DNA of 57,492 nucleotides. It comes from a virus. The DNA lies in IMG/VR virus record IMGVR_UViG_3300045988_172985, positions 1 to 57,492 of that record, one strand, 5' to 3'. Each line of letters opens with the position of its first letter. The stretch's first letter is position 1. Below, in pieces: positions 9,059-16,094 of this stretch. Below the pieces are notes generated by a model. That model was given only the letters and a program-made list of their open reading frames with translations. It did not search any database and was not told the DNA's origin. The position numbers were made by a program, and so were the translations under genes.

Positions 9059-9087
9059 ATAATACCATATTATTTCATATTAGTCAA
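9059..9087 (-). promoter_or_regulatory. promoter of the large ncRNA / tRNA-Cys unit
   Basis: -35 TTGACT (9087-9082), 17-nt spacer ending TGG, -10 TATTAT (9064-9059). Confidence 0.7.
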
Positions 9088-9090
9088 GTG

Positions 9091-9924
9091 TTATTTCACC
9101 ACTTTTTCACCATTTTCATCAACACGCATCCAATGAAAACCACCACAACTAAGTTCCTCTGGTTTTTTAAGTGCTTCATAGAAAAAGTTCGCATTTCCAA
9201 AACCATTTTTCTTAATCCATTCTCTTGCTGCTTTTCCTGTTTCAAATATCTCTCCTGTCTCTAAGCATTTAACAGGAGAGCCGTTTACAATTTCTTTGGC
9301 ATCTTCATGTTTATCTACATCGTAAAGCATAAACCTATAACCTTTTGTTCTAATTCTACTAGCCTGACCTTTTAAAAAATCTCTAACTGTACCTCTCGAT
9401 AAACCTAAATCTTTTTCACATGCCGTAAAACTTTCATACAATACCCCCGTATCAACACACAAGATAGGGGTTTTTAACTTCGTACCACTGCTTTTCTGTT
9501 TATCCATTTTTTCAACTTGTTCTTTTTGAGCCATAAGTTTTTTCTCTAATAATTTCTCTCTTTCTGTTTTAATCTTACTCCTTTGACTGGGTCCTTTTAC
9601 ATATCCAACAAATTCAAATGTAAATTTAATTACTTCCCCAAGATACTCAATATCAACTGTATACTTTTTCGTAAACTCTAAATTTACATCTAATTGTTCT
9701 TTCTTACCAACATATACTTCATGTGCAAGTTTTCCAGTTTCAACCCCCGCCATATACTCATATATTATTTCACCCACTTGAATCATTGTGAGTGAAGTAT
9801 TGTTTATAATTAAAAATTTCTTATATTGCTTAATTTTTTCTGCTTCACCTTGACCATATAATTCAACAGCCCTCTCATGGATCTGTTTTAATTTCGCTTT
9901 CTGTACTTGTTCAATTGTTGTCAT
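9091..9924 (-). CDS. DNA-binding protein with two C-terminal NUMOD1-like repeats (277 aa)
   Basis: Repeats ILCVDTGVLYESFTACEKDLGLSRGTV..KGYRF and VKCLETGEIFETGKAAREWI..GFHW resemble the DNA-binding modules of homing-endonuclease-associated proteins. GGAGG RBS. Confidence 0.45.
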   Translation of the reverse strand: MTTIEQVQKAKLKQIHERAVELYGQGEAEKIKQYKKFLIINNTSLTMIQVGEIIYEYMAGVETGKLAHEVYVGKKEQLDVNLEFTKKYTVDIEYLGEVIKFTFEFVGYVKGPSQRSKIKTEREKLLEKKLMAQKEQVEKMDKQKSSGTKLKTPILCVDTGVLYESFTACEKDLGLSRGTVRDFLKGQASRIRTKGYRFMLYDVDKHEDAKEIVNGSPVKCLETGEIFETGKAAREWIKKNGFGNANFFYEALKKPEELSCGGFHWMRVDENGEKVVK

Positions 9925-9940
9925 AACTACCTCCGTATAT

Positions 9941-9970
9941 AATAAAAAGAAAAGGTATGATAACCTTTCC
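9941..9970 (-). terminator. terminator-like hairpin inside the 5' leader of 9091..9924
   Basis: Minus-strand GGAAAGGU-UAUCAU-ACCUUUUC with one G-U pair, then UUUUUAUU, about 15 nt before the RBS. Confidence 0.45.
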
Positions 9971-10025
9971 CCCTATCAATGAACAAAGCGTGTACTAGGA
10001 AAGATTTTCCTTCAAACACAACTAT

Positions 10026-10054
10026 ATTATACCATAATATTCAAAACAAGTCAA
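10026..10054 (-). promoter_or_regulatory. promoter of 9091..9924
   Basis: -35 TTGACT (10054-10049), 17-nt spacer ending TGG, -10 TATAAT (10031-10026). Confidence 0.7.
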
Positions 10055-10221
10055 GAAAAAAGAGCCCCATATGGGGCGAAATTGTAGTAAAAAGCTTTTT
10101 TCGATGTTTGTCGGAACACCTAGCCGAATAGTTTCCCTCCCTTGAAACCATTAAAACATGGATGTTTCCCAATTACAATACTACAGGAATCGAAACATCT
10201 AATGAACCTGATTCATGAATC
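10055..10221 (-). ncRNA. candidate sRNA (~165 nt) bounded by its own promoter and terminator
   Basis: Promoter at 10228-10256. Terminator GCCCCAUAUGGGGC plus a U-run at 10055-10078. Internal helices include GAUGUUUC/GAAACAUC, GUUUC/GAAAC and CCAU/AUGG. No ORF. Confidence 0.55.
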
Positions 10222-10227
10222 AATATT

Positions 10228-10256
10228 AATATACCATATAATTCAAAATAAGTCAA
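10228..10256 (-). promoter_or_regulatory. promoter of the 10055..10221 sRNA candidate
   Basis: -35 TTGACT (10256-10251), 17-nt spacer ending TGG, -10 TATATT (10233-10228). Confidence 0.65.
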
Positions 10257-10442
10257 CTATTTTTTATAAATAATCGAAAATACTTCCCCAACTTTTTTAT
10301 TTGTAACATAAGTTTTCGTTATATCACGATTCACCTCAACGATAGGTTCTATTCTAACCTCAATGTTTTTATCGTCTTCGACTAACTTTATCATTCTTTC
10401 CACATTATCCCTTATCAGGGCAATCTTCTCTTCTTTATTCAT
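10257..10442 (-). CDS. hypothetical protein (61 aa)
   Basis: ORF overlapping the upstream gene's stop (ATGA-type), in operon orientation. Confidence 0.45.
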   Translation of the reverse strand: MNKEEKIALIRDNVERMIKLVEDDKNIEVRIEPIVEVNRDITKTYVTNKKVGEVFSIIYKK

Positions 10443-11416
10443 TATCTTCTCCTTATTAATTTCTTACCTTCAAATACTTCAAGTGTAGGTTCTATACTAT
10501 AAATATTACCTTTATCATCAACCTCAACATCAACCCAATAGCAGCTTTTTTCATTTTTAAATCCCATGCTTCTCGAAAATGGGGTATCATCTTCTAAAGC
10601 ACCAACTTGAAAACAATGTTTTCCCATATAATACATATACATTGCATTATGAAAATGTCCTTGCATAACAATATCGATTTTCTTATCCTGTGGAAGTGTT
10701 TCAACATAACGCTGAAGTTTATAACTAAGACTATAACTTCTACCCCCACCACCATGATGCATGTGTATTCCGACTTTTCCGATTTTCAAATCCGCTGTAT
10801 CCGGATTTAAATAAACTAGGTCTTCTCTTTCTCTTGATATTGCTTTACCCATATCTGAGCCACCATTTTTAAAATAAGTGTCCATGTGGTTTCCACCGAT
10901 AAAGAATGTCTTACCACTAAAATGTGGGTACTTATTTACAACATAATCTAAATGCTCGTCGAAACCAACACATCTAAGTTCATAAATATGTTGAGGACGA
11001 TTTAGATACATTCCGTCAAGCACATCTCCACAGTGCAAAACATATTTGATACCTTTACTTTCTGCTTTATCGTAAAGATAATTTAAGATATCGATTCGAT
11101 CTGCTTTATTTGTAAGATGTGAATCACTTATCATAAGAAGCGACAAATGATGTGTATTATCAGGGATACTATACACTCCAGAGTTTTCAATAGGCTTTTT
11201 AAGTTTTACAAGTTCACCATCAATATAATCAACTAAAAAACCTTCTTCTTTTAAAATCATCGCAAGACCTATTAACTCTTCTTTCGAAAGTCCTACTCTT
11301 TCTACCATTTCCTCAAGCGGAATACCTTTTTTTATAAGGAATTTCACCTTATTAATTATCTCTTTTTCCAAGTCTATCACCAAGAATAATATATCATAAA
11401 AAATAAGAATATGCAA
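10442..11416 (-). CDS. calcineurin-like metallophosphoesterase with an N-terminal winged-helix-like region (up to 324 aa)
   Basis: Motifs ISDSH, HCGDVLDG and GGNHMD, plus His-rich HMHHGGGG. The start is uncertain. Confidence 0.65.
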   Translation of the reverse strand: MHILIFYDILFLVIDLEKEIINKVKFLIKKGIPLEEMVERVGLSKEELIGLAMILKEEGFLVDYIDGELVKLKKPIENSGVYSIPDNTHHLSLLMISDSHLTNKADRIDILNYLYDKAESKGIKYVLHCGDVLDGMYLNRPQHIYELRCVGFDEHLDYVVNKYPHFSGKTFFIGGNHMDTYFKNGGSDMGKAISREREDLVYLNPDTADLKIGKVGIHMHHGGGGRSYSLSYKLQRYVETLPQDKKIDIVMQGHFHNAMYMYYMGKHCFQVGALEDDTPFSRSMGFKNEKSCYWVDVEVDDKGNIYSIEPTLEVFEGKKLIRRR

Positions 11417-11422
11417 ATTTTT

Positions 11423-11629
11423 TCACATATTCTTATTTATTTCTTCTTCAATATCTTTTTTCGCATTATTTAAAATATTTGAAAGAGCTTTAATATGTTG
11501 ATATAACGCATTTAAATCATCTGATTGTATATCATATAAATCAGGCGATATTGATATATCCCCGTTTTGCATCATTTCTCTTAAAAGACATATAACCATC
11601 TTTTTTGCTGCTTTAACATTGTCTGTCAT
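11423..11629 (-). CDS. hypothetical protein (68 aa)
   Basis: Start trimmed to the ATG at 11629, which overlaps the end of the MazG gene. Confidence 0.4.
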   Translation of the reverse strand: MTDNVKAAKKMVICLLREMMQNGDISISPDLYDIQSDDLNALYQHIKALSNILNNAKKDIEEEINKNM

Positions 11630-11960
11630 TATTTTCTCCTTCAATCCTAGCAAGCTGCCTATCAATTTTTTTATAAACAATATCCATAATATTATTTTCA
11701 TTTAACTCATAATAATATATAAACTGATTTAAAAGAACTAAAGTATCTGCTATTTCTTCTTCTAGGTGCTCTTTTTCATGTTTTGTATGAGTCTCACCAC
11801 ATCCACATTCGCAGCAAGTTACAATCTGCTCTTCTAAATCCATAACCGCTTCTATTACTTCAAATGATTCTTCGTTAAACTTCTTCAACTGATTTCTATA
11901 TCCATAATATTCTATTATATGTTTTAATTTTTCGTTTAAATCTTTATTTATATCCATCAC
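11613..11960 (-). CDS. mazG: MazG-like nucleotide pyrophosphohydrolase (115 aa)
   Basis: EESFEVIEA ... EEEIADTLVLL is the EExxE...ExxD signature of the all-alpha NTP-PPase fold. Confidence 0.65.
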   Translation of the reverse strand: MMDINKDLNEKLKHIIEYYGYRNQLKKFNEESFEVIEAVMDLEEQIVTCCECGCGETHTKHEKEHLEEEIADTLVLLNQFIYYYELNENNIMDIVYKKIDRQLARIEGENNDRQC

Positions 11961-12178
11961 TTTTCTCCTTTTAATTTATTTACTTCATCTATTATTTCTA
12001 TTTCATCATTTAAAAAATCTATAAATTCTATTTCGCTTCTTTTCCCCAATTCTTTATAAATATAATAATCTAAACTTTCCCAACTTTTGTGTTCATATCT
12101 TGCATTTCCATATTTTACTTTTGCTTGAGTGCTTATTTCCCCTGTTGCCATCTTATCTAACATTTCTATTATTTTCAT
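11957..12178 (-). CDS. hypothetical protein (73 aa)
   Basis: Overlapping-stop operon ORF. Confidence 0.4.
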   Translation of the reverse strand: MKIIEMLDKMATGEISTQAKVKYGNARYEHKSWESLDYYIYKELGKRSEIEFIDFLNDEIEIIDEVNKLKGEK

Positions 12179-12378
12179 TGTTCATCAAACCTCCATTCTA
12201 CATAACTTTTTAAATACCTTATTTGTAGTTTTATTTTATGACCATTAATTTCTAATATAGTCCATTCTATTTGCCCTATATAATGAGTAGTTCCTTTTGT
12301 GTTTGATAATATGTCATCTATTATTGAGCCAATTGCTAAATAATTTAAACTAGAATTATTTATTATTTTCATACTCAT
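12175..12378 (-). CDS. hypothetical protein (67 aa)
   Basis: Overlapping-stop operon ORF. Confidence 0.4.
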   Translation of the reverse strand: MSMKIINNSSLNYLAIGSIIDDILSNTKGTTHYIGQIEWTILEINGHKIKLQIRYLKSYVEWRFDEQ

Positions 12379-12773
12379 TCTCCTATTCTATATTCCATAT
12401 TTTTAAATCGCTCTTTTGTTACTATTGATTTGATATCTTCATTTCGTTTCCAAATAATATATTCCCCACCCTCATCATAACCTCTAGTACCATTATCAAT
12501 CCATATTTTTCCATCATAGCCTCTTTTTATTTCTTCCGCTATGTATCCATTAACATAATCTCCAACTTCCAAAATATCAATTATGTTATAACTTGATTTT
12601 GTTATTTTATTGATATTTTCTTTTTCATTCAAATCTATAAATGTTATAAAGTCTTCGTAACATTGATATAACCAATTATCACAATATGCAATATTATCTT
12701 CTATATATTCTATTTTTGCAATTCTACCGTAGCAATTACGAACATACATATTTTCTTTAAGTTCTAATTTCAT
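12375..12773 (-). CDS. hypothetical protein (132 aa)
   Basis: Operon ORF with a GGAGG-like RBS. Confidence 0.45.
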   Translation of the reverse strand: MKLELKENMYVRNCYGRIAKIEYIEDNIAYCDNWLYQCYEDFITFIDLNEKENINKITKSSYNIIDILEVGDYVNGYIAEEIKRGYDGKIWIDNGTRGYDEGGEYIIWKRNEDIKSIVTKERFKNMEYRIGE

Positions 12774-12782
12774 GTTTACCTC

Positions 12783-12983
12783 CTAAATATGCAAAATACT
12801 ATTAATAATATCTTTTAACCATTTATTTTCTTTTTCATATTTACTTAAAACATTTTCTAAATTATTAATTCTATTTTCATAACGATTTCCTTGTTCTTCC
12901 AATTGCATATTTAAATATCTATTTTCAGCATCTTTTTGTTTATACATTTCTCCATAATTACAAGATACTTTATTTTCTTCCAT
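12783..12983 (-). CDS. hypothetical coiled-coil protein (66 aa)
   Basis: Operon ORF. Confidence 0.4.
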   Translation of the reverse strand: MEENKVSCNYGEMYKQKDAENRYLNMQLEEQGNRYENRINNLENVLSKYEKENKWLKDIINSILHI

Positions 12984-12994
12984 TATTTATCATC

Positions 12995-13201
12995 CTACTT
13001 TCCAATAAATTCTTTTATAAGTATGCCAGCCATAACAATTATGAGTATTATAAACATACCAATCAAACTAAAATAAGTCCAACCTATTAAATCCCAATCA
13101 ATTTTAGTGGTTTCTCCAATGCATATATTTATATATTCATGACTTCCTACATTAGTTCGTTCTACTAAACAACTACTCAAATTTACATTTATATTATCCA
13201 T
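12995..13201 (-). CDS. hypothetical membrane protein (68 aa, C-terminal TM helix)
   Basis: Hydrophobic stretch WTYFSLIGMFIILIIVMAGILI. Confidence 0.4.
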   Translation of the reverse strand: MDNINVNLSSCLVERTNVGSHEYINICIGETTKIDWDLIGWTYFSLIGMFIILIIVMAGILIKEFIGK

Positions 13202-13204
13202 TTA

Positions 13205-13426
13205 TTACCTTCTCCATTCTATGTATGGTTTTATATCTTCCTTGCTTCTTAGGAAGTACCCTATAACTATATATTTACCAGTCACATCTATAAAAGAACC
13301 TATAGAACTGTCATCATCATAATATTTTTCTAACTCTTTATCTATTTTTTCATAATTATGAATGAATGGTATTTTAAAATAAATGTATAACCTTCTTCCA
13401 ACTTTTTTAATTTTACTTGGTTTCAT
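13205..13426 (-). CDS. hypothetical protein (73 aa)
   Basis: Operon ORF. Confidence 0.4.
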   Translation of the reverse strand: MKPSKIKKVGRRLYIYFKIPFIHNYEKIDKELEKYYDDDSSIGSFIDVTGKYIVIGYFLRSKEDIKPYIEWRR

Positions 13427-13852
13427 TTATTCTACCTCTTTTAATATATCTAAAATTTTATTAAAATCTGCACTCCACATCTGAAAACCACGTGTACATT
13501 TTTTGCCGTCATGTTTCCCATATTGTTTTATCAAGTTCATTATTTTATCAATTACTTCTTGTTGCTTTTTGTTTTCTTGTTGTAATTTTTCTAATTTTTC
13601 ACAATTACTAGGACATTCAATATCTTGTTCTATCAGTTCTTGGATTTGTATGCTAGCATCATGTAATTGTTCTTTTAATTCCTTGTTTTCTTTTTGTAAT
13701 CCTTGATATTTATTTGAAATATAATTAAAATCTTTTAAACTTAAATACCTATTCATTGAATAAATATCTTCTTCTTTGTACCAATAATTAAAATAATACA
13801 TCACTTCATCTATATTTTTAAAATGGTCAAACTTATATTCTTCTATTTCCAT
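13427..13852 (-). CDS. hypothetical coiled-coil protein (141 aa)
   Basis: Operon ORF with contiguous stop/start junctions. Confidence 0.45.
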   Translation of the reverse strand: MEIEEYKFDHFKNIDEVMYYFNYWYKEEDIYSMNRYLSLKDFNYISNKYQGLQKENKELKEQLHDASIQIQELIEQDIECPSNCEKLEKLQQENKKQQEVIDKIMNLIKQYGKHDGKKCTRGFQMWSADFNKILDILKEVE

Positions 13853-14065
13853 TTATTCCACCTCTTCCATAGGAAGTATCTTTAAATATTCTATTTTATT
13901 CATATCTAAAAGTGTTCTCCAATATTGTTCTTTATAACCATAATTAGTTTGAATAATATCTACTCCCAATAATCTTATATAATTATCAAAAAAATCAATT
14001 GTTTCTAAATTATGTCCACCGGCTTTGCAACCATTTTTTTCTTTATATTCATAATAATATTTCAT
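13853..14065 (-). CDS. hypothetical protein (70 aa)
   Basis: Operon ORF. Confidence 0.4.
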   Translation of the reverse strand: MKYYYEYKEKNGCKAGGHNLETIDFFDNYIRLLGVDIIQTNYGYKEQYWRTLLDMNKIEYLKILPMEEVE

Positions 14066-14066
14066 T

Positions 14067-14156
14067 TTATTTATTCCAATCCTTTATTATTATAATTAAT
14101 CCGATAACTCCTCCTATACCAACTAATCCCCAGAATATTAATGGTATATATAACAT
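14067..14156 (-). CDS. tiny membrane peptide (29 aa)
   Basis: Hand-translated MLYIPLIFWGLVGIGGVIGLIIIIKDWNK behind an AAGGAG RBS. Below the ORF-track length cutoff. Confidence 0.35.
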   Translation of the reverse strand: MLYIPLIFWGLVGIGGVIGLIIIIKDWNK

Positions 14157-14175
14157 AAATATTTAATTCTCCTTC

Positions 14176-14340
14176 TTATTCCAAATCTATAACATCATCT
14201 ATTGTTGCATCCCAGATAACTTCTATGCTATCATTAATAAACTTTACATTTAAATATTGGCGATTAAATAATTCGCTATACCCATATGTGATACATTTTA
14301 TATTGCTTTTCATAAATAAATTATCTTTAATTTTTAGCAT
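14176..14340 (-). CDS. hypothetical protein (54 aa)
   Basis: Hand-translated ORF filling the gap. Its start overlaps the end of 14327..14656. Confidence 0.35.
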   Translation of the reverse strand: MLKIKDNLFMKSNIKCITYGYSELFNRQYLNVKFINDSIEVIWDATIDDVIDLE

Positions 14341-14656
14341 TATTATCACTTCCTACCATCTTTTTATATTTTTTTATACAACCTCTAATTCCAACATTAT
14401 CGCTAAATCCAATACTTGGAATATATAATTTACCTGTATAACTCCAAAAACTCATTAATACTTTTCCTTTGCTATCTAATAAATTAAAATGTCCTATAGT
14501 TTCATTACATAACTTATAAGGAATATTGTTTTCCTTAAATTGTTTTTTAGCATATTCTAATCTATCGTTAAAACAGTTTTCTCTTTTTTCTTGTGCTTGC
14601 TCTTTTAATATCGGACTTATATTTCTCCAGTAGTCTGCTAATGTATCATTATCCAT
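14327..14656 (-). CDS. hypothetical protein (109 aa)
   Basis: Operon ORF. Confidence 0.45.
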   Translation of the reverse strand: MDNDTLADYWRNISPILKEQAQEKRENCFNDRLEYAKKQFKENNIPYKLCNETIGHFNLLDSKGKVLMSFWSYTGKLYIPSIGFSDNVGIRGCIKKYKKMVGSDNNAKN

Positions 14657-14668
14657 TTATCCCACTCC

Positions 14669-14962
14669 TTACTTTTCCGGCATCTCAAAAATTGTTATTT
14701 TTCTAATTGTCTTTTTGATTTCATCCTGACCGTAACCTCTAAACATACTAGAGGCATTGTTACATAAATCCATCCTATATCTCGCTATTAATACATCTTC
14801 AATCATATTTAACACTTCGAGTGCTCTTTCTTTTGATTTATAGTGTCCTAGCATTGTTTCTTCATGGAATATTCCGAAATCCTCACCGGTTTTTGATATA
14901 GGAATATATAATTTACTATTAATTGGAACTAATTCCATTTTATCTTGACTTCTAATCCACAT
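14669..14962 (-). CDS. hypothetical protein (97 aa)
   Basis: Operon ORF. Confidence 0.45.
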   Translation of the reverse strand: MWIRSQDKMELVPINSKLYIPISKTGEDFGIFHEETMLGHYKSKERALEVLNMIEDVLIARYRMDLCNNASSMFRGYGQDEIKKTIRKITIFEMPEK

Positions 14963-15276
14963 TAGATTATCTCCACCTTTCCACTAGGGTTCTCTAGGCA
15001 TGCTATTCTAAGATTTTTTAAAGATTTTAAAAGTCCTTCGTACGAACCCCATCCATTTTCCGGATTTAATTTTTCATATTCTTCTTTGTTTTCTATTAAA
15101 TCATCAATAGCACGATTTAAAACTGGAATGGCGTCTTTACATTTCATACCATTAAGTAGTTTAAACCCAAGATTTTCATCAAAACATTTATAATACATAG
15201 GGGCAAGATTATATGTAATATTATCTTCATACACATCTACTACTCTTTTTGCTTTTACACTGACATCTAAACTCAT
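14962..15276 (-). CDS. hypothetical protein (104 aa)
   Basis: Operon ORF with an AGGAGG RBS. Confidence 0.45.
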   Translation of the reverse strand: MSLDVSVKAKRVVDVYEDNITYNLAPMYYKCFDENLGFKLLNGMKCKDAIPVLNRAIDDLIENKEEYEKLNPENGWGSYEGLLKSLKNLRIACLENPSGKVEII

Positions 15277-15293
15277 TATGATTCCTCCTTTTT

Positions 15294-15509
15294 TTATTTT
15301 AAAACTTTACCTGTAAAATACTCATATACATAATTTATCATCTCTCTTTTTGCATTAAATATATCAATATTCCTTCGGTAACTTCTTTTATAAAAATCTT
15401 CTTCTGCTACTCTATACATGTCTTCATAATTCTTTACTGATTCTGTATAAAGAGCATACAAATATTCTAATTTTTCTAATAGTTCTTTTATTTTGTTTGT
15501 ATTGTCCAT
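15294..15509 (-). CDS. hypothetical protein (71 aa), first gene of the leftward early operon
   Basis: Lies directly downstream of the promoter at 15531-15559. Confidence 0.45.
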   Translation of the reverse strand: MDNTNKIKELLEKLEYLYALYTESVKNYEDMYRVAEEDFYKRSYRRNIDIFNAKREMINYVYEYFTGKVLK

Positions 15510-15530
15510 TATATCAGTCCCTTCTATAGT

Positions 15531-15559
15531 TATTATACATAATTATTCAAGATAAGTCA
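15531..15559 (-). promoter_or_regulatory. promoter of the leftward early operon
   Basis: -35 TTGACT (15559-15554), 17-nt spacer, -10 TATAAT (15536-15531). Confidence 0.7.
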
Positions 15560-15564
15560 ATATG

Positions 15565-15843
15565 TTTATAAAAAATACACCCATCAACTAAGATGAGTGC
15601 TTTTCAGCAACATGCTAAAATTGGACTGAGAAAACACCAACTTTTAAAGCAAAGTATTTTTCAGCACAACTTAAACAAATGGTTTGAGAAAACACGGGTA
15701 GTGTACAACAATTAATCATGAACAATTTTAAAAAATCACATGAACTAAAAGATTTAGAATTGAAGTAAAAAATTAATTATAATAAATCTTTTAAAATTAT
15801 ACAAATCAAATGAAAAAATTATAAAATGTTTTAGTGCTTTCTC
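15565..15843 (-). ncRNA. candidate sRNA (~280 nt) containing two paralogous ~41-nt stem-loops
   Basis: Promoter at 15851-15879. Terminator CACUCAUC-loop-GAUGGGUG plus a U-run at 15565-15598. The repeats at 15596-15636 and 15653-15694 fold only in the minus sense (G-U pairs). No RBS-preceded ORF. Confidence 0.55.
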
Positions 15844-15850
15844 AATGAAT

Positions 15851-15879
15851 ACTATAGCAGATGATTAGTGTTTTGTCAA
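15851..15879 (-). promoter_or_regulatory. promoter of the 15565..15843 sRNA candidate
   Basis: -35 TTGACA (15879-15874), 17-nt spacer ending TGC, -10 TATAGT (15856-15851). Confidence 0.65.
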
Positions 15880-15940
15880 TATGTTTTTGGTTGATTTGTA
15901 GAATGGTGTAGAATAAGGTTTTGTGATTTTTAATTTTGCT

Positions 15941-16010
15941 AGAGCCCTTGCCCCGGGTTGGGGGGCTTGTTTTGGTATATACCCCACCCCGACGGGTAAG
16001 CTTGATCTTT
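15941..16010 (+). other. isolated GC-rich hairpin cluster in an otherwise AT-rich control region
   Basis: GCCCC-gggttgg-GGGGC (15949-15965) followed by TTGTTTT. The same G-run can alternatively pair with the CCCC/CCCC runs at 15981-15989. Confidence 0.35.
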
Positions 16011-16032
16011 TTTCTGTTGTTGTTAAAAAAGT

Positions 16033-16061
16033 ATTGACTTTTTTTGTAGAATATGTTACAA
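16033..16061 (+). promoter_or_regulatory. promoter of the 16095..17363 operon
   Basis: -35 TTGACT, 17-nt spacer, -10 TACAAT. Confidence 0.65.
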
Positions 16062-16094
16062 TTAATACATACAAAGAAAGGAAGAAAGAAAGAA

